From contig NC_086108.1 in NCBI RefSeq assembly GCF_963921235.1, positions 26,164,001 through 26,228,000 of the forward strand: 64,000 bases of DNA, given 5' to 3'. Of this stretch, positions 12,443 through 25,260 are shown in pieces. The notes beneath the pieces are model-generated. The model ran no database searches and was not told the origin of the DNA. It worked only from the letters and a program-made list of their open reading frames with translations. Position 1 is the first letter of the stretch; each line of letters begins with the position of its first letter. The position numbers were made by a program, and so were the translations under genes. Source of the stretch: Mobula hypostoma. Taxonomy: Eukaryota.

Positions 12443-13975
12443 GTTCAAAGTTCAAAGTAAATTTATTATCAAAGTATATATATGCCTCTATGTACTACCC
12501 TGAGATTAATTTTCTTGTGGGTATTCACAGTAGAAGCAAAGAAACACAGAAGAATCAACAAAAATTGTTGAACCGAAGAATCAATCACACAGAGATTGGT
12601 GGGTGCGTGGAATACACTGCTGGCGGTGGTAGTGGAAGTAGAGTCTTTTAAGAGTCTTTTAGATAAGCACATGGAGCTTAGAAAAATAACGGCTATATGC
12701 TAGGGAAGCTCTAGGCAGTCTGCAGAGTAGGTTGCATGATTGGTACAACATTGTGGGCTGGAGGGCCTGTAATGTGCTGTACCTTTCTATGTTCTATGTT
12801 TTTGTTGAAAAGCCACACACGACAAAGACAGACAAACAACCAGTGTGCAAAAGACTCATTACAAATACATTAAAAGTGAGTCCATAGATTGTGGAATCTG
12901 TTCATTGTTGGGGTGAATGAAGGTATCCACTCTGGTTCAAAAGCCTGATGTTGACGAGTAGTAACTGTTCCTGAACCTGGTGTTGTGGGAATTAAGGCTC
13001 CTGTAACTCTTTCCCCTCAACAGCAGCAAGAAGGGAACATGGCCTGGATGGCTAGGGTCCTTGGTAATGGATGATGCTTTCTTGTGGCAGTACTCACTCG
13101 TTGTAAATTTGCTCAATGTTGTGGAGGGCTTTAGCTTTGATGGACTGAGCTGCATATTCTACCTTTGTACATTTTTCTGTTCAAGGGAATTGGGGTTCTG
13201 ATACCAGTTTATGATGCAAACAGTCAAAATATTCACCACCGTGCATCTACAGAAGCTTGTCAAAATTTTAGATGACATGCAGAATCTTCACAAATGTCTA
13301 AGAAAATACAAGTGCTATCATGCCTTCTTTATAATGGCACTTACATGCTAGACCCAGGATGGATCTTCTAAAATTAAAACACCGAGGAATTTAAAGTTGC
13401 TGACTCTATCCATCTCTGATCCCTTGATGAGGGCTGGCTCATGAGCCTCTAGTTTCTTCCTCCTGTAGTCAATAATCAGCTCTCTGATTTTGCCTGCATT
13501 GAGTGACAGGCTGCTGTTACGGCACCATTCTGCCAAACTTGCAATCTCCCTCCTATATGCCGATCCTTCCCTTTGATTTGGTCAGCGACACTGGTGTTGT
13601 CATTGGAGCTGTACATAGCCTCACAGTCACAAGTATAAAGTGAGCAGAGCAGGGGCTAAGCACACAGCCTTGTAGTGCACCTGTACTGATGGTGATTGTG
13701 GAGGAGATGTTGCTGCTGATTGAAACATTCTGAGGTCTGCAAGTGAGGAAATCGAGAATTCAGTTGTACAAAGAGGTATTAAGGCCAAGGTCTTTGAGCT
13801 TGTTGATTAGCTTTGACGGGATGATAGTTTTGAGTGCAGAGTTGTGGTCAATGAAGAACATCCTCAAGTATGCATCTTCACTGTCCAGATGCTCCAGGTT
13901 TGAGTGAAGGGCCAATGAAATAACACCTAGTGTTGGCCTGTTGTGGACAGTAGGCAAATTGGAGCAGATCCAAGT
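12443..13975 (-). mobile_element. Rex1/Babar LINE 3' half, containing a + strand CR1 tail at about 12590-12800
   Basis: ORFs 13760-14020 ([19 protein letters not shown]), 13348-13536 (VSNFKFLGV) and 12937-13155 (DPSHPGH). Confidence 0.85.
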
Positions 13976-15899
13976 CTGTTGCATGTATGAAAACGTGTAA
14001 AAGCAAATTAAAAATTGCAAACGTCATGACTCAGGGACCCTTGTGGAAGAGGAACACTGATTTATAAACAGAAACACAGCATTTATGATTTGAAATAAAA
14101 TTAAGCAGCATTATGAACAAATGATACATTCATTTAAAACACTGACGAGATTATTTTCTATGGTGCTTCATTCATTACATAGAACATATGTTGAAGCCAT
14201 CATGAACATGAAGCAAAGATTCACTGCGGTCATGAGTGGGAAATGGTGGTATAAGGATAAGCTTTAACTGTTTGATTTATTTCCCCCAGGAAGGACAAGG
14301 CTAGGGGCTGGGAAGGTTTTTATTTAAATTAAGGTATTTGATAGAATAACCTCCTCTGTTTCGAGATGCAGCAAAAGATCTTCAATGTAAATTTGACACA
14401 AAAAGAATGAAGAGAGCAGTATGAAGACATATCCTTATGCAGAGAGTTACTGGAGCTTGTGATGCTTTTCCACGGGGTCATTGTGACAGAGACAAGAGCA
14501 GCAAATGGAATGACAGAAGAGCATTTGATGGAACTGAAGACATGCAGCTATGGGGAGAGAGCAGGACAGTGGGATTAGTTTGGTATTGCTCTAGCACAAA
14601 ACTGACTGTATGAATGGCCACAGAGCATTGAACAAATAATGATACATGAATGGGAAGTTTTTGATGAGCTTTGGTAAAATAAGGTTATTGTGGGTTTAGT
14701 GTAACTCCGTAGTTGATGATTCAGTGTACTGAAGGGCATACATTATAACTCATGATTTGATCATACGTGTAAAGTGGTAAAAAGAAAGAAGATAGCGTTT
14801 AATTTATTGACAGTGATATAACAGGTGAGACAAAACATTTTTGAGACCACAACAAAACTTCAACAGTAAACTGAAACCAAAACAAAATACAGGTTTAACA
14901 ATTTTAACAGTGCTTTGGCTCACATCACAATTATATTCTGTAATTCATTCACTCAGCAGTGAAATAATTCTCTTTTTGCGAAATCTGGATGATGCTACTG
15001 AAATATTAACTCTACAGTAGCACAGAATTCCCTCTGTAGTTAAAAGTTATAAGTGCCCAGAAGTGTGATAGCATTCACAAACAAGTTAAAATCATAAGGC
15101 ATAATTTATGTTGTGCCATTTTAAGATTCCCATCACACTGGGCTTGTCATTTTAAGCAGACTAACATTTCTGAAATATTTATTATAGTATGAAAGAAAAT
15201 AAATAGCAAATAACTGAGAGTAAGATTACCCAATAAATCTATAAAGGCCTGAAAATATTCATAGCCCTCTAATGTCATCACAGAAATTGAACCTAACTCA
15301 TTGCCATTTTCCCATTATCCTATTTATAAGCCTTCTGAACCTTTGGATCAGATTTCTGCCCCGAATTCCCTTCCATGTTTACATAATTCTACATAAACCA
15401 TTTTAAGCTTTGAAATTAATTCCTGCATCTTCCACAACCTATTTGTATGTGCTCTGAATGATACAGAAAGAGAAGCTTTATTTTTATAGGGGCAGAATTC
15501 CCATTGTAAATGTGAAGGGCAAAGGTTCTGGTCCAAATATATCTTGGAATTCTTACATTGGCATATATATGGTTCAAAGTCTGAACGCCAACATCACTGA
15601 TAAGTTTGGCTTTCTAGTGGGCTAGAAATAATCCTAAGGTCCAGGAAAGCCATTGGCATCATTATGCCTCGAAGTGATATACGATCGAAAATGCTGTACA
15701 TGTCCTCATTAAGAAAATAAGTGATCAATCCATCTACAAGTAAGGTTCCCTTATCTGGCTCTGTTACAACAGAAATGAGGTACTTTTCAAACACAGTAGG
15801 TTTGAGTTGACATCACTTAAAATTATCACCCCATCCAACCAAAACTTGTTTGGTTTCGGTTGAAATCTATTCGTCATTTCCAAAGGCAATGTGCTTAAG

Positions 15900-16060
15900 A
15901 CGCAGTCTCATTAGCTCTTCATGCGGCCTTGGATCACGTGGACTATACAAATACCTATGTCAGGATGCTGTTTATTGACTACAATTCAGCGTTAAGTACA
16001 ATTATTTCAACAGTTCTGGTCAAAAAGCTGCTGAACGTGAGCCTGTTTACCTCCCTCAGC
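15900..16060 (+). mobile_element. Rex1 RT fragment (continues at about 17520-17745)
   Basis: Translates AVSLALHAALDHVDYTNTYVRMLFIDYNSALSTII. Confidence 0.75.
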
Positions 16061-16074
16061 TGTTAGGAGTTTCT

Positions 16075-17501
16075 TGAGTAACATCAGGTAGGCATCCGAG
16101 CCCCTCAAAGACATCTATGCACTCTTCTAGGAGTGTTGCATGGTCATTTTTGGTCTGTGAAGCCAATACGAAAACTCTTTTCACTATTAAGCTTTTCACA
16201 TGCATTCATATTGGCTGTACTAATTTTTCTACAATCAGTAGCTATGTCTTTAGATGCTGCCCCTTGTGCTTGAAGGTCACTATACAGCCCCCCTTTACTG
16301 GAATGTTCTCTTCAATATAGACTGTCACATTAACTTCACTGAGTAAATCTTGCTCTTTACTTTGAGAGACTTTTTATCATGCATAGACACCAGATTCACC
16401 TGGGCTCCAGTGTCAAGCTTGAATGGAGTTACTGTCCCATTCACAATCACTGAAACAATCCATTCTGTCTTACCAGCACCAGAAGTGTCAGAGAATCTAC
16501 AAAAACCTTTTTAATTTCCTCATCAATAGTGTGCCCAGTTTTGGAACAATCACTGCAGGACTTCCATAAGCAGGACATGTCTCTGGAATGTGCCTCCCTC
16601 CACACTTACTGTTTGAGCCTACCTCTTTGTTTTGCTTTTGTTTTGGGAAACACCTTGTGCTTTGCTCCTCTGTTTTCACTGCATGCACCACTGTTTCTGC
16701 TTTGTACAGCGACTTAGCTTGTGCTCATGTGGACAAGCAGTGTCTCTAATGAGTGAGCTTCTCAAATCCCCAAATTCACAGGACTTACTCAGTGTGTGAA
16801 ACTCAGCTAAGTATTAGTCAATGGTAACACCTTGTTTCTGGTCACAGGAAAGAACTTTCAAATGTAATGTTTTTACTTGGGATATAATACTCAACAAAAC
16901 TTGTCATCAGAGCATTCAATGCGAAGGCTGTCTCACCAACTTGAAAGTTATTGTAGATGTCCAAACCATCTTCATCAATTACGTGTAGAAAAATGGAAGC
17001 TTTCAATTTTTCATTGATCCTGCCCAATCCGCTAGCCACTAAATATATATTGAATGGCTGTTTGAAGCACTTTCAGTTATCAGTTAGATTGCCGGTAAAC
17101 TGCACAAGTGCAGAGGACTTAGCTTACCCATGACAGGAATTTCTGGCCTCTCACCTGGATTTCTCTTGGTTAATTCAGGAACAATGTCCTTTCTGCCTCA
17201 ACAGCCAACCTCACTTGCTTCTAGCAACTTCCGTACTTACGCAATCTTTTTCTCCGTAGCATGCGGTATCGGTGTACTGTCCGTGTTTAGACTTCACGCC
17301 AACTTCAGACACCATGTTGTGTTTGTTTTAGTAAGGACTAACTGAGTGTGGGTTTAACACAAGAACATTTTATTCAGAACACTCCGGTTCAACGCTGAGT
17401 GCATGCAACCATCTCACCAATGTCACTTCCAGTTCCAGGGTGAACCGAGGCATTGCTCACTGTGAACTGATGTTCTTTATTATGGTACACACGTAACAAC
17501 A
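16075..17501 (-). mobile_element. Gypsy LTR retrotransposon remnant: 5' LTR, PBS, gag, protease; RT, integrase and 3' LTR missing
   Basis: LTR 17315-17501 (TGTTGT..ACAACA, AATAAA on minus); PBS TGGTGTCTGAAGTTGG at 17299-17314; gag-like ORF 16842-17039; zinc-knuckle remnant CGGRH..CPAYG; protease KLDTGAQVNL; DVFEGLGCLP. Confidence 0.85.
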
Positions 17502-17744
17502 CAGAAGCAAGATAATAATACAGGAGATATACCAGAGAGTTGAGTGGTGTCGCAGTAACAACCTTGCATTCAATGTCAGTAAATCAAAGAACTGATTGCA
17601 GACTTCAGAAAGAGGAAGACAAGGGAACACATATCAGTCCTCATAGAGGGATCAGAAATGGAGAGGGTAAACAATTTCAAGTTCCTTGGTGTCAATATCT
17701 CTGAGGATCTAACCTGGACCCAACATATCGCAGCTGCTATCTGA

Positions 17745-20340
17745 CCAGAAGGATTTGCAATTTTCAGAATGGATGGAACCTCGAATTCTGGTAAGGAAAG
17801 AAGTGGTGGTGAATGCTTATTAATCAATTCTCGTTGGTTCAAGGACCTTGGGTTATGTCAACTTCTTGTCCTCCTAACTTAGAACAACTAGTGATTAAAT
17901 GTAGACCATTCTATATGCCTTGGAGTTCTCATCCGTGATCCCGACCGCAATTTACATTCCACCAGCGGCCGATTCTAAGCAAGCACTCGCGAAACTGCAC
18001 AATGTTGTCTGCAAACAAGAAACAACCCATCCCAATGCATTTCAAATTATCGTTGGTGACTTTAACCAGGCCTGTTTGAAAAAAATCCAGCCCAATTATC
18101 ATCAGCACGTAACCCTTTCCACCAAAGGATTAAACGCAGGAGGCCACTGCTACACTACAATATGGAATGCCTATTATTCCTTCCTGAGATCGCATTTTGA
18201 CAAGTCCGATTATTTGGCTGTACTCCTTCTACATACAGACAGAGCCTAAAGAGCAAGGCTCCAGAGATCAAGGCAACTGAGAGGTTGTTACGGGAGGGTT
18301 AGGATCGGTTACAGGATTTCCTTGAGTCAATGGACTGGGTTGTGTTCAAGAACTCACCCGAGGACTTGAATGACTACACCAGGGTTGTTACAGACTTTAT
18401 TAAAACAGCTGTGGATGAGTCTGTCCCCACAAAATCATTCAAGGTCTTCCCCAATCAGAAGACCTGTATGAACAATGAAATATGGAACCTGCTGAGAGCT
18501 AGATCAGAGGCATTTAAGTCTGGAGATCAAAAATGCTACAAGAGGTGCAGGTATGATCTCGGGAAAGCCATCTCTTGGGTGAAGTGGAGATTCCGGACAA
18601 GATTGGAATCAATGAGTTATGCTTGACAGCTGTGGCAAGGTTTCAATGGCATAACCTCCTACAAAGCTAAATATTGTGACATAGGGGACAGCAGAGCTTT
18701 GCTTCCAGGTGAGCTCAATGCCTTCTGTGCTCACTTTGAACACCAGAACAGGGGAGAACCGTTGCGCAAACCCAAGTCTCCCGATGATCCTTTGGTCACG
18801 GTATCTGAAGTTGACGTGCGGGCTGCCTGCAGGAGAGTGAATCCAAGGAGAGCATCTGGTCCGGACAGAGTAGTTGGCCAAATACTGAAAACCTGTGCTG
18901 ACCAACTGGCTGGTGTGTTCATGGATATCTTCAACCTGTCACTCTGGCAGTGTGTGTGCTGAAGCAGGCATCTATTTTACCAGTGCCCAAGAAGAGCGTG
19001 TAACCTGCCTCAGTGACTATCACCCAGTGGCACCTCATCCACAGTGATGAAGCGTTTTAAGAGGTTGGTGTTGAAGCATATCAGCTCCTTCCTGAATGGT
19101 GACTTCGATCTGCTCCAATTCACAACAGGACTACAGCAGATGCTAACTCATTGGGTCTTCAAACAACCCTGAAAAATCTGGGCAGCATAGGTGCATACAT
19201 CTGAATGCTTTTTATCGATTACAGTTCGGCATGTCACACCATCATCACCTCAAAACTAATCAGAAAACTCCAGGACCTGGGCCTTAATACCACAGTGTGC
19301 AATTGGATCTTGGATTTCCTCACTTGTGGACTCCAATCAGTTCAGATTGGCAAAAACATCTCCACCACAATCTCCATCAGTACAGGAGCACCACAGGGAT
19401 GTGTACTTAGCCCCCTGCTCTACTCACTTTACACCTACGACTGTGGCTAAGTACAGCTCCAACACCATGCACAACTTTGCTGACGACACCACTGTTGTCA
19501 GCTGTATCAAAGGGAGTGATGAATCCGTATACAGGAGGGAGATTGAAAACTTGGCTGAATGGTGTAATAACAACAACCTCTCACTCAATATCAATATGAC
19601 CAAGGAACTGACTGTAGACTTCAGGAAAGGAAAAGCAGAGGTCAATGAGCCAGTAATCATCGAAGAATCAGAGGTGGAAAGGGTCAGTAACTTTAAATTC
19701 CTGGATGTCGCTATCTCAGAGGACCTGTCCTGGACCCATCATATAAATATTATTGTGAAAAAAGCACAACAGCGCCTTTACTTCATCAGCAATCTGTGGA
19801 GGTTTAGCATATCATCAAAAACCCTGGCAAAATTCTATAGATGCGTGCTGTCTATATTATGGCCTGGTATGGGAACACCAAAGCCTTTGAGTGGAAAATC
19901 CTACAAAAGGTACTGGATTCAGCCCAGTATATCACAGGTAAAACCCTCCCAACCACTGAGCACATCTACACGAAACATTGCCAGAGAAAAGCAGCATCCA
20001 TCATCAGAGATCCTTACCATGCAGACCATGCTCTTGTCTCGCTGCATCCATCAGGACTTGATCCACCAGGTTCAAGAACAACTACTACCCCTCAACCATT
20101 CAGGCTCTTGAACAAAATGGGATAGCTACACTCATTTAAGAACTCATTTAAGAACTCTGTTATTTTGTTATTTCATGCTCATTATTTATTGCTATTAATT
20201 AATATCTGCATTTGCACTTAGTTTACAGTTAACAGCTCCTGATGTTTATAGTTTACAGTTACTGTTCTATAGATTTGCCTGTATGCCTGGAGAAAAAAGA
20301 ACAGTATATACTCTGATAATAAATTTTACTTTGAACTTTG
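17745..20340 (+). mobile_element. Rex1/Babar LINE, near-complete decayed ORF (APE plus RT) and 3' tail
   Basis: [64 protein letters not shown]; ends aataaattttactttgaactttga. Confidence 0.9.
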
Positions 20341-20364
20341 AGCTATAAAGGTTGTTTTAGTACA

Positions 20365-20995
20365 GCAGCAGTTATATTTCAGTAGGAGTTTGAGGAGGTT
20401 TGGTATGTCACCTAAAACACTCGCAAATTTCTACAGATGTACCGTGCAGATCATTTTAACTGGCTGTGTCACCATCTGGTATGGTGGGGGGTGCGGGTGG
20501 CGGTTACTGCATAGAATTGAAGTAAGCTATGGACAATTGTCAACTTAGTCAGCTCCATCATGGACACTAGCCTTTGTAATATCTAAGACATCTTCAAGGA
20601 ACGATGCCTCAAAAAGGCGGCGTCCATCATTAAGGACTCCCACCGCCCAAGACATGACTAATTCTCATTGCTACCATCAGGAAGGAGGTACAGAAGCCTG
20701 AAGGCACACACTCAACAATTCAGGAACAGCTTCTTCCCCTCTGCCATCTGATTTTTGAATGGATATTGTACCCATGAACACCTACCTCACTTATTTTTTT
20801 ATTTCCATTTTTGATCCAGTTATTTAATTTAACTATATATATTTATATATGTATATGTATTTATTTATGTGTGTGTAAATATACACACTGTGTAATTCAT
20901 GTTTTTTCTCTCATTATGATTTGCATTGTACTGCTGCTGCTAAGTGAACAAATTTCAAGACATATGCCATCATATTAAACCTGATGATGATTCTG
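20365..20995 (+). mobile_element. Rex1 3' fragment
   Basis: LRRFGMSPKTLANFYRCTV; LPSGRRYRSLKAHTQQFRNSFFPSAI. Confidence 0.85.
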
Positions 20996-21029
20996 ATACT
21001 AATTTATGTAAAACTATAAATATCAGAGA

Positions 21030-22010
21030 CTGACAACGATCAAATTGCAAAGGAAAACAGATCACGAAAATAATAAGAAAGTAAATATATAATTCTGTGA
21101 ACCTAGGTTGTAGAGTCCTTGAAAGTGAGTCCATAGGTCGTGGAGTCAGTTCAGCATTGAGGTGCAAGAAGTTATCCACGCTGGTTCAGAAACCTGATGG
21201 TTGTAGGGTAATAACTGTTCCCGATCCTGGTGGTGTGGGACCCAAGGCTCCTGTACCTCCCGCCCAATGCTAATAGTGAGAGGAGAGCATGGGCTGGATG
21301 GTGGGATCCTTGATGATGGATGCTGCCTTCCTTTGGCATCACTCCTTGTAAACGTGCCCAGTGATAGGGAGGGCTTTGCCTCTGATGGACTGGGCTGTAT
21401 CCACCACTTTCTGTAGACTTTTCTGTTCCCAGGTTTGCTGTTTCCATACCAGGCTGTGATAAAAACCAGTCAGGATACTTTCCATGGAGCATCTATAGCA
21501 GACCGTCAAAGTTTTAGATGGCATGCTGACTCCACACAAAGTTCTAATAAAGTAGAGGTGCTGTTATATCTTCTTTGTGATGGCACTTACATGATGATCC
21601 CTGGACAGATCCTGTGATATGGCAATGCCAAGGTATTTATAGTTACTGAGCTTCTCCATCTCCAATCCTCTAATAAAGGGCTGGCTTCTTCCTCCTCTGG
21701 TGAACAATCAGCTGTTTGGTTTTACTGACACTGAGTGAGAGGTTGTTGTTGTGGCACCATTCAACCAGATTTTCAATCCACAGCCCATATGCTGATTCAG
21801 TACCACCTTTGATGTGGCCAACAACAGTGCTGTCATCAGCAAACTTAAAAAAATGAGTACTGGGATTGTACTTAGTCACACAGTCATAAACATAACACAT
21901 GTAGAGTAAGGGGCTGAGCACACAGCCTTGTAGTGCACATGTGCTGATGGTGATTGTGGAGGAGCTGCTGTAGCCAATCCTTACTGACTAAAGGAAATCG
22001 AGGATCGTTC
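21030..22010 (-). mobile_element. Rex1 3' fragment
   Basis: ORFs 21670-21921 (FKFADDSTVVG), 21339-21539 and 21172-21492. Confidence 0.85.
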
Positions 22011-22169
22011 ACTATTAATCACTATTATGAAAAATTACTGGTAATGAGATTTGGATTAATTATTCCACAACTTCATTGGAAAAGAAAATTAGTGTAGACA
22101 TTAAGCAAGTTTTGAATTCCTTGTCATCTCTTTGAGCAAGTGAATTTAGAATTTAGCGATGATTTTTAA

Positions 22170-24095
22170 AATCTTACATCCGTCCCACAACGAGAGGGAG
22201 TAAAAATCTTTGTGTTATGACTCTGTTATGTGAATTTAAAAGTCTAGTGGCCTGTAGAAAGAAGCTGTCCTGTAGCCTATTGGTCCTGGCTTCAGTGCTG
22301 CGGTAACGATTGCCAGATGGAAGCAGCTGAAATAGTTTATGGTTGTGGTGGCTGGTGTCCCCGACGATCTTCCAGGCCTTCTTTCTGTACCTGCTGCTAT
22401 AAATGTCCTCAATGATGGGAAGTTCACATCCACAGATGCGCTGAGCTGTCCATACCACTCTCTGAAGTGCCCACTGATCAAATTTGGTGCAGTTTCTGCA
22501 CCAGGCAATGATACAGCCAGTCAGTATACTCTCAATGGTGCCTCTGTAGAAGCTCTTGAGGATTTGGGGGCCTATGCCAAACTTCTTCAGTTGCCTGAGG
22601 CGGAAGAGATGCTGTTGTGCTTTATTTGCTGCAAAGCCAGTGTGTATATTCCAGCTGAGATCATTAGTGATGTGTATACCAAGGAGCTTGAAACCACTCA
22701 CTCTCTCAACTGCAAACCCATTGATATTTCCGTTCCTCCTGTAGTCCACAATCAGCTCTTCTGTTTTTTGGACATTGAGGGACAGGTTGTTGCCCTGGCA
22801 CCACTGTGTCCAAGTGTCAACCTCTCCTCTGTAGTCTGTCTCATTACCACTAAAGATAAGGCCGATCAAAGTTGTGTCATCTGCGAATTTGGTCAGCAGA
22901 TTGGAGCTGTGTGTGGCAGTAAAGTCATGGGTGTAAATGGAATAGAGAAGGGGAACACAACCCTCAGGCACACCTGTGTAGAGAATCAGAGGGGCAGAGG
23001 TGAGGGACCCCATCCTTACCAACCGTTGGCGATCCAATACGAAGTCTAGGATCCAGCTGCACAAGGTGGGGTGCAGGCCGAAGTCTCTGAGGTTCCTGTC
23101 AAGTCTGGAGAGAATTATGGTGTTGAATGCTGAACTCTAGTCCAAGAATAGCATTCAAACGTCTGCATCCTTCTTCTCCAGGTAGGGAGGATGGTATGTA
23201 GTGCTGTAGCTATGGTGTCATCAGTAGACCGGTTCAGTCAATAGGTGAATTGTAGGGGGTCCAGTGGGGGTGGTAGCATGCTGCAGATGTAGTCCTTGAC
23301 CAGCCCCTCAAAGCATTTGTTTATTATTGAGATGAGTGCGACAGGGCGCCAATCGTGCAGGCATGCTGCCTTGGTTTTCTTAGGTACAGGGACAATGATG
23401 GACGATTTGAAACAGGAGGGCACAACATACTGGGAGAAGGAGAGATTAAAATGTCCGTAAATGCTGTTCAGCACACACTGTGAGGACTCACCCTGGGATG
23501 CCATCTGGCCCCGCTGCCTTGTGGCTGTTGACACGTTGGAATGTCCTACATACCTCAGCCTCGAAGATGACCAAAGTTCAGGTCTCATCGATGGTTCTCC
23601 TCGGGGCGTCAGTCCTAACAACCTCGAATTGAGCATGAAAAATCATTTAGCTCATCTGGGAGTGAGGTGGTAATGTTGACTGTACTGCTACGTTTCCTCT
23701 TGAAGTCCAGGTTGGGTGTGCAGTCCTTCTCGTACGCTACATGTCTCACTGTTGCAGAGTTGTGACTGGGTTTTGTCCCTGTGTTGCCATTTTGCCACCT
23801 TGATGGCCCTACGTAAATCATAGTGATACCTCTTCAGCTCCTATTGGTCTCCGGAGGCAAAGGCTTTATCCCTCCTGCTGACAGCAACACACACTGAACT
23901 ATTTATCCAAGGCTTCTGGCTTGGTAGATCCAGACCGACATTTGGCGAACCATGTCTTCAAAGCAGTTCTGAATGAAGCTTGCCACCACTTCCGTGTATT
24001 CAGAGATGTTCTCAGCTCAAAGTACCATCCAGGTGACACTTTCAAAGTGGGTGGGTCTGGGAATGAACAATTGCCAACAGGCAGGCAGCAAAGGA
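22170..24095 (-). mobile_element. Rex1/Babar LINE of another family, RT region
   Basis: 296-aa ORF 22174-23064 (KFADDTTLIG, FKLLGIHI, LPSGNRYR) and ORF 23238-23636 (DWRPVAL..DPLQFTY). Confidence 0.9.
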
Positions 24096-25260
24096 GCACA
24101 CTCACATCATCACAAACCATAAATAGCAAATGAAATCTAACACTTCACTGAGGTTATGTTGCTTCTATTCTCTTTTCAATTGCCAATCCTCTTGATGTCA
24201 CTTGCCTTTAATAAATATGTATCACTTTGAATGATCTGGTTTAATCTGTGATCACAGTATTTTATCAGGATGATGTAACAGCTGTCTGTATTACACATCT
24301 CAATAGGTTTGTCTGTAAACAATTTAGTGAACTAGTTATCTTGCAATTCCCATAGTCTTTGCTAGGATCTACCACCAACACATCCAGACAAGTTGTCATC
24401 CTTTGGTTTCGCACCGAGTGTCGGATTTTCTTTTCAATCATTCTCTATGTGCTCACTTGGCAGTTTATCTTTTGGTTCTCAAGTGCTTCTAGGGCTCCTG
24501 TTTCTTCATGAATGCAATAGCCTCTAAAACCATTCTCTAAACCTCTTCTCTCATTTACTGAGGATTTTGGTTCACATTTAATATTTTTCACAGATGAGAC
24601 GAATTTCAACTTACTCTCCATTATCTTAACCTTATATAGAACCATGATTAGATCATGTTATACATTTCTGTCTGCTGTAACTATGATACAGCAAAAAGTG
24701 ATAAAATAATGTACAGTTATACGAGAATTAGACACACGATAAAGCCAAATAATCTGAAAAAGAGGCACAGAAGGAAAAGGTTGATAAAAGATCTGATGGA
24801 AGTTTACAACATTGCTAAAGGATTTAATAGGCTTTTAGGAAGCACTTGTAAAGGCATCAGACCTAGAATGTAGAAATAAAACCATGATTAGTTAATTTCC
24901 TATAAGAAATTCAGAAGAAATACATATTACTGGTAAGAAATGGAGTTCATCAGTCAGCTTCACAATTGCCAGTTTTTCTATTACTGTGTCTATGTTGTAT
25001 GTATTATGAATGTTTGTGTAAACTCCAATTCCCTAGCGATGGTCAAGGATACCATTGTGGTGAACACTGTATACAGGCCTCATTATCCAGGGCATAGGAT
25101 ATGATAGCAAGGAGTTCTTGGTAGAATTTTCTAAACATTGGTTACATCACAGCATGTGTGTTGCTGTTAGATTCTGTCGGAAAATATATAATGCATGTGA
25201 AAGAAAGGATATTATTGCACTGGAGAAGGGGCAATAGGAACTCAAATGCCTGTCTAAGTA

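Noticed and set aside
15594..15794. Protein-like 66-aa minus-strand ORF
   Set aside because: No recognisable domain and no convincing splice sites.
22339..23049. 236-aa + strand ORF
   Set aside because: Antisense shadow of the Rex1 RT ORF. The same applies to 41-322, 341-745, 3415-3813 and 26620-27018 opposite CR1.
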